A stretch of DNA of 64,000 nucleotides, from contig NW_021831847.1 of NCBI RefSeq assembly GCF_006345805.1, positions 1 to 64,000 of the forward strand. Reading direction: 5' to 3'. The DNA comes from Octopus sinensis (Eukaryota). Positions 28,199 to 40,915 of the stretch are shown here, piece after piece; positions within the stretch are counted from its first letter, which is position 1; the number at the start of each line of letters is the position of its first letter. The translations under genes were made by a program, and so were the position numbers. A model generated the notes under the pieces. The model had not been told where the DNA came from, searched no databases, and worked only from the letters and a program-made list of their open reading frames with translations.

Positions 28199-28564
28199 AT
28201 TGTTTTTTTTCATTGGAATTTGTTCACTGATTAATTTGGTTTAGTGGTTGATTATCAGTGGTAATCGATAAGGATGTAAATTCCACTTGTCGTCGCAGAT
28301 GTAAACCTGTTAAAATCGATTTTATAATCTTATTTATTTCCAAGATCAGCACTACTGGTTTACTGAGGTCAAGTTCTCAAAGGGAATCCTCAACTTGTAA
28401 CATTCGGGTAATGAATTATGTAATCATTCCAAGTCTTCCTATTAGTCACGGTGTTTTATGACTAATAGGATCACTTGGCAACAAATTTAAATGAAATTTT
28501 TATGAATTTTGTTCTTTCCAAGTTTCTAAAATCAGACAGTGGAACTAAATTCAAAAACTCCCAT

Positions 28565-28825
28565 GTGACAAAAGTCTATAATGGGTTCTGTATTCGTCAA
28601 ATACTGGCAGACTAAACAACCCCCGATTTATTGAGTTGTTGAAAGATCTAATCAGACCCAAATTAAAGCATCATTAAGAAAACCGCCTTTATAAGATAAA
28701 ATTTTCTAGAAATTGAAAAATATGGCCAATTTGAGAGGGTTGAGTGTATTTAAATACGCCAAAATTCTCTGGATTAGATTCAAATAATTTTTCAAAATAC
28801 ATTTTTTATATACTCTAAAATACTT
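28565..28825 (+). repeat. Internally deleted copy of block 34650-35549
   Basis: Four collinear segments match 34650-34743, 34955-34983, 35231-35250 and 35416-35549. Confidence 0.9.
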
Positions 28826-28829
28826 GTCG

Positions 28830-29986
28830 GAAGAATAGAAGGTGCCATATGAACTTTAAAGAAATTAAATAATTAGAATTTTATTGATAAAATATTATCA
28901 ATGTTGACATCGAAGGATTTTTAAATGAATTTCAAAATTTATCCAAGTCCTATACTCCTAATGAAATTTATAACCTTGATGAAACAGGGATTTTCTACAA
29001 ACTAATTCCGTCTAAAAGTATTTGCAAGACTCAGCTTGGAGGATATAAAGATTTTAAGGATCGGGTATCTGTAATGTTGTGTGCAAATATGTCTGGGAAT
29101 CACAAACTAAAGCCTGTTTTAATTGGAAAATCAAAGATGCCAAGATGTTTTAAAAATTAAGACTATCAATGCTCTGTTTCATATTACAATTCAAAAAGGG
29201 CTTGGATGACGGGCCAAATTTTTAGTGATATGGGTGATTAATTTTGACAAATTTTTGACGAAGGAAAAAAAGTCAATTTTGCTTTTGATCGATAATTGTC
29301 CTACTCATTATACCTTGTCATCTTGAAAATATAAAAATTATGTTCTTTTCTAAAAATGCAACAGGAATAATTCAACCAATGGACTTGGGAATTATCAAAA
29401 CATTTAAAGTGCACTAAATAGGCACAAATTATTTATCTCACTAAAATTTTGGAAACGGACAAAGTTTCTGTTTATGAATCCTATAAACATTTAAATCTTA
29501 AGGACACTGTTTTTTATAAAAATGGCTTGGGAAGACGTATGCTTGAAAATTATTGAAAATTGCTTCAAAAACTGAAAAAATAGATTTTGATGAACAATAT
29601 ACAAATAAAAATTTAATTGATGAATTGATAATTAAAACAGATACATGATCCGTTTAATTATCTATTTTAATGTATTTATGATTCTATTCGAAATTGTTGA
29701 AAACGAAGATCTGCGTTTAATTACTTCAATTCGAAGATTCGAGAAAAAAATCAAAATATTAAGAGACAACAAACGGGACTGGAATATTACTTTGATAAAA
29801 AAGCATAATTCTTTGTTAAAATCAAATTAATTTTTTCAATTACGTCAATTTTGGCTATTTTCGAATTATTAAACAGTTCTACTCACATTCAAAAATTATT
29901 GATTATATTCTGAAATTCGTTATTTCTCAAATTCGTCGCTGAAAATGACGGCACCAAAAATGGCAAATTTGGGAGTATTCACTGTA
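28830..29986 (+). mobile_element. 5'-truncated Tigger/pogo element
   Basis: YNLDETGIFYK, KDRVSVMLCAN, LKPVLIGKSKMPRCF and QPMDLGII; right end ...GAGTATTCACTG followed by TA. Confidence 0.85.
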
Positions 29987-30002
29987 GTTTAAAATGGGCT
30001 TA

Positions 30003-30330
30003 ATGGATATTAAGGATAACTATTTATTTGATTATACGGCTAGGCAACTGATTGGTTGAAAACCCGTCGGTGACTTTCTTGGTTTCGTGCTTGATTCTCA
30101 GACGCTGGAACATCGAAGACGACTGTTGTAGTATATGTCGCATGTCTTTTGAATCATGTTGCTTAAAATGTTTATTTCCCGGTGACCAGTGTCCTATCGG
30201 TCTTTAATTTTTATATTTTGATTAGCTTGGAGTGTTTTCCAGCATTACTTTCACCATCATTGCATTGAAAAATGGATCTTTTCTCAAACCAGCCAACATG
30301 TCCTCTGTATTGCAAGAAATTGTGACATGG
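30003..30330 (+). pseudogene. ANAPC11: APC11 RING-H2 pseudogene
   Basis: [32 protein letters not shown]|AWSVFQHYFHHHCIEKW; Zn ligands changed (C>F, C>Y) and a frameshift before CPL. Confidence 0.75.
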
Positions 30331-30560
30331 TAATGTAAAAACACACTTTCCTGTTTTTGAAGTCGGTCGATTGTTCAGTAAGCATAGGTTCTAAAAACCA
30401 CGCAAAAAAGACAATTTAAGAATAATAGAAAAAATTACTTAACAAATATTTCTTGGTTTTAAGGTTAAGTAAAAAAAGCAAACTTTAAAAAATTTTATTC
30501 CTAGAAACATTGCCAAAAAAATTTATTGAGAAACCCAAAAAATCAATAAGCAACAAAATT

Positions 30561-33525
30561 CTAAAGAAGTTCAGCTGCCAAATCTTTCAATTGGTTGAGT
30601 TTTTCTGAGTCAAATCCCAACCTGTCCATCGCTTTTCGATAGATGAGTTTTAAGACTTCACGTTTATCTCCAAACATATTCTCCATCAGCACCAAACAAA
30701 AAACAGTGAAAAATTCTGTATCACTGACTCCAGAAGCCTAGAATAAAACGCTTAGCGAAACCTCTGATTTTATATTATAAGATTCTTTGTTGACATACTT
30801 CATAGTTTCAAAAAAGTCATTTGTCGGAACAAAAAGTCCGTCTGATCGTTGCATTTTTATTATTTTTATTAATTCGTTCTCAGACTGTCCTTTATTGCTA
30901 TCAACTTGAGGCTCTGAATCCGTTTCAGACCAGCCTTTTTGTGATTTATATAAAGTTGGCTGAGAACTACCGACTGAGCGAGAAGCATTGGAAGCATACA
31001 TAGATCCACTTGCCATACCAAAACCGCCTTGTGATGCAAAACACAAAGGTGGCTGAGAACCAACGAGTGAGCGAGGAGCATTGGAAGCATACATAGATCC
31101 ACTTGCCATACCAAAACCGCCTTGTGATGCAAAACACAAAGGTGGCTGAGAACCAACGAGTGAGCAAGGAGCATTGGAAGCATACATAGATCCACTTGCC
31201 ATACCAAAACCGCCTTGTGATGCAAAACACAAAGGTGGCTGAGAACCAACGAGTGAGCAAGGAGCATTGGAAGCATACATAGATCCACTTGCCATACCAA
31301 AACCGCCTTGTGATGCAAAACACAAAGGTGGCTGAGAACCAACGAGTGAGCAAGGAGCATGGAAGCATACATAGATCCACTTGCCATACCAAAACCGCCT
31401 TGTGATGCAAAACACAAAGGTGGCTGAGAACCAACGAGTGAGCAAGGAGCATTGGAAGCATACATAGATCCACTTGCCATACCAAAACCGCCTTGTGATG
31501 CAAAACACAAAGTTGGCTGAGAACTACCGAGTGAGCGAGGAGCATTGGAGGCATACATAGATCCACTTGCCATACCAAAACCGCCTTTTGATGCAAAACA
31601 CAAAGGTGGCTGAGAATTACAGTCAACTCCGTCAAATGAAGTGACTTCCTGGTACAAGCATTCTTCGTCAACTCCGACAAATGAAGTGACTCTGCTGATA
31701 ATGTTGGCCTTGAGACTAATCTCAACCGCTTTTGACTTGATTTCGTCTTTGTTGTTATCAAATTCATCGTCTAAAGAATAATGATTAATATTCCACCTTT
31801 GTAGTTCGCAGCTATTCGTGCAAGAAATTCCTTTGCGGCATATCTGAACACAGCAAAGTCCTCTCGTTTGGGCAACACGACTACTGGAAGTTGAGACACA
31901 CTCTCCACGAATTCTCCATTTGAAAACCCGGAATATCGGATATGCACACTTTCCATGTTATTCAGCTTTAAATATTCCAAACTACCACAAACCTTACAAG
32001 TATTCGAAAGAGTGTAGAAAGTGGTGTAAAGAGCATGATTTATATAGACGGTCCTTTCTCTTGGAATGAAGGGAATTAATCCATCACAGTCGACGTGGAG
32101 TTTTGCATTAGTTAGATTACCACGTGTTGCCTCGTTCACGACTTTGATGACTTTGATATCAATATTGGTTGATTTATCATCAACAAATTCGCTGGTTCCA
32201 TTTCCTGCAGACGCCATATTCTCAATCAATGCAGAGGAAACTCCACTTCCAATACCAATTGTGAACACTCTAAGAAGATGACAGAATAAGACTACTGGTT
32301 GTCCTCGGAAAATCTTCTTACAGCATTAATCACTTCCCGGTCGTTGGCTACGGAGCCATCAGATATGAGTATGATCTATAATGACATATTTGCACGACCT
32401 TTCGATTGTAGTGTGGCACAGTCGGCTGATCAAATATGCTAAGCAAAGGTTGAAGGATTTCTGTCCCGCCCATGTCTGCATTCAAATTATCGATATAACT
32501 CAACGCCTTCTTTTTGGCATTTTCGTCGGCAAATGGCAAAGAACAAAATCATTAAAAACCGCTTACTTTGTGAACAAATATTCAAAATGACTCCCAAATC
32601 CTACAATATTGAAGTAAGACCGGGGCGGGAGACTCAGAACCCCAATCGTTAGAGCTTCTCCCGCTCGTTTAATACTGTTTCCAATCATGCTCCCTGATCT
32701 GTCGACCAAAAATACAAATTCTTGTTGCATTTCTGTAATTTTTTTTTCTTCGAAATGTGGGATGTGGGTCAGCATGAGAACATTAGTCTCCCCCTCTTCC
32801 AGAATTGCTCTTCCAAGCTCATTCTCAGCATATTTAATGTAAATATGTATGTCTTGATGCTTGAGAGGGAGTTGAATAAGTTTGAACGTACGTGGTTGGT
32901 GTTCGAATGCCACTTCTTTGACATTCGAATAAATTCTTTTGATATTTCCAGTCATACAATCAATATTTCCAGTAAAGCTCATCAAGTTCAATGTTTTCTT
33001 ATCTTTTAAATATATTTCATGTGGTGCAGTGCTGTGTATAGGCACATAACGAGGGATCAGTTCGAGAGGAAGAACAAAGGAGGAGATTAAGTCCTCGTGG
33101 TTGTATGATAGAGGAACCAAATAACGAAATTTGACTTTAACGGCTTGATTCGGCATTATGTTGCCCACTTTTAGGGATATTATGTCATCGGCTTTGTGGA
33201 AACCCAAAAAGGCCATTTTTTTCTTTGAAATTGCTTCTTCGTATCTTTTTTGGGCCTCTTTTTTTTCGATGCATTTTCCTTCGACTGTCCTATCTCCTAT
33301 TTCTGCCACGAATCGGTAAACTGAGGCTGAACTTTTTATAGGAAACGAGATTGCGCTGTCCATTGTATTTTTGAGTTTGTTGTTGTAGGTTATGGAGTAA
33401 CCCACATCTGCAAACATGTCCATAATGTTTGCTTCACAATCAATAGACGTAGGTTCAAACTCATCTGGTGAGTTAAATAAATTTCCAGAATTTATGTCAA
33501 TAATAATTACATTAGTAACCCACAT
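30561..33525 (-). CDS. vWA5A-like VIT-vWA protein with an internal 31-aa repeat array; frameshifted at 31360
   Basis: VIT domain (FPIKSSASVYRFVAEIG..EAQKRYEEA), MIDAS FLVDRSGSM, SYFNIVGFGS, DMGGTEILQPL, LISDG, FTIGIGSG, AVEISLKANIISRVTSFVGVD and LIKIIKMQRSDG. Start approximate. Confidence 0.85.
30956..31622 (-). repeat. Tandem array, 7 x 93 bp (GMASGSMYASNAPCSLVGSQPPLCFASQGGF)
   Basis: GATCCACTTGCCATACC recurs at spacings 93, 93, 93, 92, 93, 93; no unique spacers. Confidence 0.97.
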
Positions 33526-33685
33526 AGAGAGAAAATTTCAGATCTATTTTTTAATAATTCCTATTGATATAGGTTAACCAATGTTTAATGTTTATTCCAA
33601 AGCCGTTATTACCTGAGTATATAAATGAGCAAATTCTTTGATCATAAACAAGTTTTTATATTTCTTGAAACTAATTAAAAAAGAA

Positions 33686-34389
33686 ACTATACCTTTCCAA
33701 GTTCAATATGGGAATTTCCAAATTCAATATGGGATTTCCAAGTTCAAAGTGGTATTTTCCAAATTCAATATGGGATTTCCAAGTTAATTTTAAAATATTT
33801 AAAAAAAATCATGACTCATTTAAATCAAACAAAAAAATTAAAATGTTACGTCCTTGTAATTTAATAAAGAAGGCAATAGTCCTTGGATTTTTATGGTATA
33901 CATAAGCGAATCAAGATGCAGGCGAACGCACTCACCTGACACTTTTATTCCGTACTTATCTTGGATCTCTGCAGCCAATTGTTTGCAAGTAATTTTCGGA
34001 TTTGACTCGACCATTTCTTGCATATAATCTCGTACGGTATTTGAAATTTTTGAATATTGAAAACCACCTCTTAAATCATCCTTAAAGCCTTCTTTTATCC
34101 ACCTGTGTGCAGTTGTTCTTTTTATTCCGAGAGAACATGCAACTTGATTCCAATCCCCATCATTTTCGTAAACGGTCAACAATTTTTTTCTTTTTTCAGC
34201 TAATTCTTTCTTTTTATTAACGTACATTTTGTAATGTAAGGCGATTTTAAATTAATAAATGAATTCAATAACCGACTTGAAAATCCTTGAACTTGAAAAT
34301 TCCATATTGAATTTGGAAAATCCCACTTTGAACTTGAAAATCCCATATTGAATTTGGAAATTCCCATATTGAACTTGAAAAGGTATAGT
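33686..34389 (-). mobile_element. Non-autonomous IS630/Tc1-like element with about 100-bp TIRs built of about 20-bp subrepeats
   Basis: Left ACTATACCTTTCCAAGTTCAATATGGG... is the inverse of right ...CCCATATTGAACTTGAAAAGGTATAGT. Internal 129-aa ORF (33838-34227) has two HTH modules and no DDE. Confidence 0.85.
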
Positions 34390-34581
34390 TAATCTTGGCC
34401 AAAATTTTTCCAAAAAGTCCCAAAAATCTAACTAAATATTGTCTAATTGTCTAAATTATGAGATAAAACATCAAACTAACAATTTCATGAAACTAACAAT
34501 TTCATGAAAACCAAAACACCTTCTTAAATCCATAAAAATCAAGCGAAATATCATTAATAAGTGAGTGCAATATAATTAATA

Positions 34582-34611
34582 GTGGTGCCATAACTTTTTG
34601 GGCCCACTGTA
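34582..34611. mobile_element. Solo Tc1-like terminal inverted repeat
   Basis: Reverse complement reads TA-CAGTGGGCCCAAAAAGTTATGGCACCAC. Confidence 0.45.
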
Positions 34612-34649
34612 CAAGTTTGGTGTGCCACTGAAGCGGTATGGTGATTTGA

Positions 34650-35885
34650 GTGACAAAAGTCTATAATGGGTTCTGTATTCGTCAAATACTGGCCGACTAA
34701 ACAACCCCCGATTCATTGAGTTGTTGAAAGATCTAATCAGACCACCACAATGAATTTATCAAAATCATAAGTTTGGATAACAAAAAAGGACAAGTCACAT
34801 AAGAAAATCTGGGTTTTTATACAATCAAACGCCTCACTTATCCACAGGAGAAGTGTTTTAATTTTTTGCATTTTTTAAAATTTTTCCAAAAAACCATTTG
34901 AGTTTTTAAAATTTACTAGTTTAAGTTGTTGTGCAAAAAACATAGTCTTACTAGAAATTAAGGCATCATTAAGAAAACCGCCTAAATATTAGACCCTAAA
35001 TAAGATACCTCTAGACTCAATCAAATCCATCCATTCAACCAATTTTGCAGCAAGATCAGGAAACTTAAGATTTGATATTTTTTGAGGCTAGATTGTGTAT
35101 TTTGCTATCTTTGAGATGAGAATCTTTTTTCAAAAGAATGTTGTTGATTGTTTTTCGAGAAATTTTTTTATTAAACAAAAAAGAAAATCTTTCGGCCAAA
35201 TCCTGGCACAAAAAATGAGGATTCTCCTCTTTATAAGATAAAAATTTCTATTTTCTGATTAAAATTCAGGCGAGAAGACATGTGGGACAAATTTTACTAA
35301 TAAAATTCAAATTTATTAAAAAAATTTTGAAGAATAAAAATTATAGTACAAAAAAATTAAAATTTGTGACTAATTTGAGAATTGGCCATTTTGCAGAGTT
35401 TTTTCAATTTTCAAGAAATAAATTGAAAAAAATGGCCAATTTGAGAGGGGCCAATTTAAGAGGGTTGAGTGTATTTAAATACGCCAAAATTCTCTGGATT
35501 AGATTCAAATAATTTTTCAAAATACATTTTTCATATACTCGAAAATACTTAGAAAAAAAGAAAAGTCAAAAGAGATATTTAGTCGCTATATCAATACATT
35601 AAAGATTTTCTTTAGCTTGAACCATCTTTCTGTTCCGGTCAAAAGTGAGCGTATGATTAGAATAGATTTTCTTTATAATGGGGCCGTTGAATTAAATCAA
35701 TTATATCGGCTCGGTGCCTTTAGAGTCTAATTCTTTCATACCTCGTAGCTTTTTACAGTAGTTTAAAATGTGGCTTGATGGATATTAAGGATAAATATTT
35801 ATTTGATTATACGGCTAGGCAACTGATTGGTTGAGAACCCGTCGGTGACTTTCTTGGATTCGTGTTTGATTCTCAGACGCTGCTT
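34650..35885 (+). repeat. Longer copy of the duplicated block, ending in a 5' APC11 fragment
   Basis: Matches 28565-28825; 35758-35882 matches 29984-30108. Confidence 0.9.
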
Positions 35886-36696
35886 GTGCTAGAAGCTACG
35901 ATCGAGTTTACGAGTGACGGCGTCATAGATATTTCATTACATGCAGATTCGAAATATAAGTTTGACTCCGGATGAAATGTCACGGCCTCTCTAGTATTTT
36001 TTAGCCGCACACCAATATAAAGAAAAAAGACAAGATGAAACTCATTTCGGATTAATTAAAATAAATAGTTACGTGTTCTCTTTCTTTTGTTAAAAATGAC
36101 TGTGTTGCTGGTACAAACGGGATCTTTGTCAACATGACGTTCTTTGCTCCCGTGAAAGTGCTATTAATAATAATAATATTGGCTCAGTGATTTTTTGTGA
36201 AATTTTGCAATAAAAATTTTGTTTAGTCTGATCCATTGTTCTGTTCCGGCCACAAGCGACCCTATGATTAAAATAGATTTTCTTCTTAGTGGAACCATTG
36301 AATCATAACAATTATATCGGTTCGTTCATTTTTTGCAAAATTTCAAATTCGTTTGCTAAACTGTGTGTTTAAAAAATATAAGAAGATCACAGATTGTAGA
36401 CCGCAAATTTTTTGGTCTAATAACTTTGATTGGCCGAGTCCGACGGATGTTAAGTCTGACAGATGGTTGAAAAAATCTCAGAGTTTATTGTTGGTTTCAT
36501 TCTGTCATTTTTTTCTTGTTCTTCTCAGTTATTAAAAGAAAAGCAATTTGGTAGGATTAATTTTTGGTACATAATAATTAAATAAATGCTTTATTGCACG
36601 AATAACAAATTTAATTAATAAAGTGACTTAAAAAACGATTATTATTCTCATCCTCATTCACATACTTAAATTCTTGATACTATTAATAAGCGTCCA

Positions 36697-38644
36697 TTAT
36701 TCACAAACCGAGCCAGTGTAAACTCTCATTTGTTCTTTAGTCCAGAATAAACTAATGAACCGTAGCCAACGAGAAGAATATATTCTTGTAGTGGGCATGT
36801 CATGAGTCAACAGAGAGGATATTACTCTGCTAATCGTAAACTAAACATACTGGTTATTCATTCTCGAAAACTGGCCAGGGTCTTCCTAAAACTTAGTTTG
36901 AGTAAAAAAACGTTATTTAGAAATAGTGAATTCTCGGAGGCACTCGTGCCTTTCCTTAAATATTTTTATGTTAAAACAAATACTCTATGGATAGAATGTC
37001 CACAAGAGAAGCTGTGGTTAGGCCAGAGAAGAACACCGTCAATAAAACGATGACAAATGTGGTTGAAAGAATTGCAGACTTTTCATATTGGTGATACTCG
37101 ACAGCAAGAGCAAAGGACACAGACCCGCGCAAACCTACACTAGTGAACCACAACAAGAACCAGAGATGAACAGAAAATGCTGGAAATTTCCAGGAACTAA
37201 CTTGCGACTTTTTATATTTGCTAAAAACGAGAGAGGGTAAATATTAAGGAATCTCCCTGCGATGATGCCAACCTTCGGACTAAATAAGAACCAACTAAAC
37301 CAGTGAAGCAAAAACCAGCCAAAAATCCCAGTTCATTCGGACAAAGGCAGTCGATCCAATATATACGAAAATAAAGTTTTCAAACAAAAAAGTAAAAAAG
37401 GCAAAAATCTGAGCTTAACCAGAGGATTAAAAAACACCTGTTTGATGGCTGCTTTACCTTCCGGAGACAAGTTTTTGGCAGTGTACTGAGCCTGTGTGAT
37501 TCCGCAAAATAGCATCGAAATAATCCCTAAGTAGAGTTTTCTAAACCAGACCCCAAACCTGACATTTCGCACAACTCTGCTGCCATGAACGACGACAGAG
37601 AAAGCAATATAAACACCGAAACCTCCATTTCAAGATTTTGGGACAAATTGGTAAGCTTAGTCAACTATTAATCTCATTTTAGAAGCAGTACCAGAGCTGT
37701 GAGCACAGCAATCATAACTCCAATCAAAAAAGAACCCAGAAATATTCCAACGAAGATTGAGAGGGTGTAAAAGACTTCTGTCTCGACGTTAACGTATTCC
37801 GATTTGCCCCTGAACTGTGTGATAACTCTAAAACTCCCCGTCTAAATTCAACCTCGAGAGAACGACAGAGACGGCATCATTTAAGACACTTTCCCCAAAA
37901 ATGAGAGCGAACAAACCCTGATCCACCTTAATGTCCTCAAAAAACGTCAACACGGTGACTTGGAGTAACAAACCACCGCAAACCCGGGTCGGTTGCGGAA
38001 ATGATGGACCCGAAGAAGAGGGCCTCGCTGTACGCCATTCGATACTGCGTGACAAATGACCCCAGGTAATAAATGACTGCACTAAACACGTTTTGAAGGA
38101 GAGTTGCCTGCAGGTGAATGCAGAAATGGTAGTCCCCAAGAAGGCGTAGAGCAGAATTGGAGTTGAGAGGGGAATGAAGGCTTTCTACATTGGTCACCAC
38201 GCGTGTACAAGTTTGAGATTGAAGCCGCCGTTGAAGATTATTGGGGGAAGCAAAAAATTGAAGAAAATCGAACTTTGAAAAGCTATCTTTAATTCAATGT
38301 CAAAATTGGCAAACTAGTGATTCAATGTTGTTTGGTGACAGTTCTTGCAATTTGTATGTTTTGTTGATTGCGGGAGGAGATAAATTAAGGGTTGGACTTT
38401 CGGCCAGGTTTCTCGAAACAGTAATATTCTGACTTTCAGAGTTTGTAGTTCCCAGAGTGGTGTGGATTATAGCAGAAAAAATGATTCCTAAAAGAAGTAA
38501 TAAAACCAAGTTTTAACCGTATAGGATGGCAAATGTCGTGTAGTGGGTATATCGAACACGGAATTTTTTGAATAGCCACATTGTGAAGTACACAGCCAGA
38601 AGTAAGAAGAAATAGAGAATGAGAACTATCTTGACAAAATCCAT
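36697..38644 (-). CDS. Na+/H+ exchanger, endosomal NHE6/7/9-like (SLC9A), many micro-introns
   Basis: MWLFKKFRVRYTHYTTFAILYG, FFNFLLPPIIFNGGF, FFGSIISATDP, LFALIFGESVLNDAVSVVL, FCGITQAQY and GLRGSVSFALA. Ends approximate. Confidence 0.88.
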
Positions 38645-39375
38645 ATTGACCTAGTCTAAGTAATGACAGTTTTTTATTAATATGTTTCATTATAATTTAC
38701 ATACTATTATAATGAATATATCCAAATTATTATTAAATGATAAAATCATAAACTCAAATATTGCAAATTTTGTTTGTTTTTGTTTTATTTGATCAATAAT
38801 TCCTCAACATTGCTAAGATATCGATCTCCAATTAAAATGTCAGTCGGGCTTTGTATAAACCGACGAGGTCAAAGGAGCTGATTTATTACATATTTTAAAT
38901 GGTGAGGCTGTTTGAGGCTTCTGAAACCACATTCTCTTTGTACAATTGTTGACGTTGGCGATTAAATTTTCTGATTTCATTTCCTCTATCGCGAATAAAT
39001 CTATAATTTCTTTAACATTAATTTTGACTTAATTAGTTTCTTTTTACAGAACAACTAAAATTCGAAGGAATCTTCAAGAGCAAGCAAACAAGGGGAAATT
39101 ATAAGATAAATTTATCACCTAAGAATGTCTTTGTGAAATCCCCGACATCTCCTAGTCGTTCGCAGAGGTCCCTGATGGACCTGGTCAGGAAAGGGTGAAG
39201 GACATCATATTTTGAAAGTCAGTTTTGACAGGTCTCTCTCTCAAAACAATGTCTAATGAGTAGTAGTGGTCACAGTCTAACTGCACGAAGTTAACCGTGG
39301 AAATATTCCTCATATTAGATTTCTCAAGGCCACAGTCGATGATCTTACCCCAGACTGGGTTTGAAAATAAAAATA

Positions 39376-40881
39376 CAGTCAACCCTCTCTATAATGAACA
39401 AAATGTCCACGTCAAAACATCATGTTCACTATTGTCTATAGTGAACAAAAGGAATCAAAATAACAATAAACAATATTAAAGTATAATTACAAAGATTATT
39501 TAGAGATTTAATCATGTAATCGGTGATTTTTTGAGAATGATTAGTTTGATAATTTCTTAAAATTTTTTGTATTTCGTATACTTTTCCTTTTTGTTCATAA
39601 TCATTCTCAAGAAACCATAATTCAAGCGCCTTCGCATATTCACTAGCTTCATATAGTGTCGGAACATAAATTTTTTCATCTTCCTCTTCAACTTGGTCTT
39701 GCTGTTTTAGTTTTCTCGAAAAGTTTTGTATAAAGTTTTCGTCGTCAATTTGATCATTTTCATGAATCAAAAAATTTTCATAATCTATTTCTTCTATTTC
39801 TGTCAGGTTCTGTATTAACGCATTTTCAAATGCTTTCTTGAAACAATTTGTAATTGTTAATTCCGACACTTCTAACCAAGCTTGATTTATGAATATCAAG
39901 CAATTCAATAGAGTGAATTTCTTCAACTTTTCCGTAACTTTTTCGTGATCTACATTGTCATCATTAGTATAAAATTCAATCAAGTGTGCACATAAGAGTT
40001 GTCTATACCTGTCTTTGAATGATTTTATTATTCCTTGATCAAGGGGTTGTAACTTCGATGTTGTATTTGGAGGGAAAAAAAGAGTTCGATGTTACTGAAC
40101 TCTAAATCACGTGAGTGTACAGTCGCATTATCAAGTAGAATTAGAATTTTTCTTTTTTGCAAAATCATTTTTTTGTTCAATTCTATGAGCCATTCTGAGA
40201 AATAACCATATGTCATCCATGCTTTTTTATTTGATTTGTATTCCACTTGTAAATTATTAATTAAATTTCTTCTTCCTTTAAAGCAGCGTGGATTTTTGGC
40301 TTTTCCAATAACAAATGGGTCAAGTTTTTTTCCCATCATACTAACGCAAAACATAACAGTTACTCTTTCTTTTATCGGTTTATTAGACAGAATTTTGTCC
40401 TAGTCAACAGCTAATGTTCTGTTCGACAAAAGTTTAAAAAACAATCCAGTTTCGTCCAAATTAAAAATATTTTTGAACAATATTGTTCTAATTTTCTATT
40501 GAGGCTTCTGTAAAATTTTCAATCACAGAGGTTTCAACAAATTGATTTTCCCCACATAAAGCACGGGAAGCAATGCAATATCGATTTTTAAATTTCTCAA
40601 GCCATCCATTTGATGCTTGAAATCCTTGAATATTACAAACTTTCGCCATTTTTAGAGACATGGACTTCAAAAGATATCATTGATTGTAAATCCAAATGAT
40701 CGTTTTTAACGAACCATTCAAATAGATCTCTGTTGAATGGTTGAGACTTGGGCAAGTAAATTTTCTTCTTTTTTTTGGTCATCTTGAACATTAAGTATTC
40801 CTTCAGAATTTTTCAAAATTTTGTTTATGCAGCCCAGAGAAACATTGAAATAAAGGGATAAATCGCGCTGTGTGTAATGTC

Positions 40882-40915
<34 letters not shown>

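Noticed and set aside
27782-28213. 143-aa minus-strand ORF
   Set aside because: The plus strand gives a continuous frame through two typical micro-introns, so this ORF is probably its antisense shadow.
30956-31622. CRISPR-like array
   Set aside because: Units are contiguous 93-bp repeats with no unique spacers, lie inside a eukaryotic CDS, and no cas genes are present.
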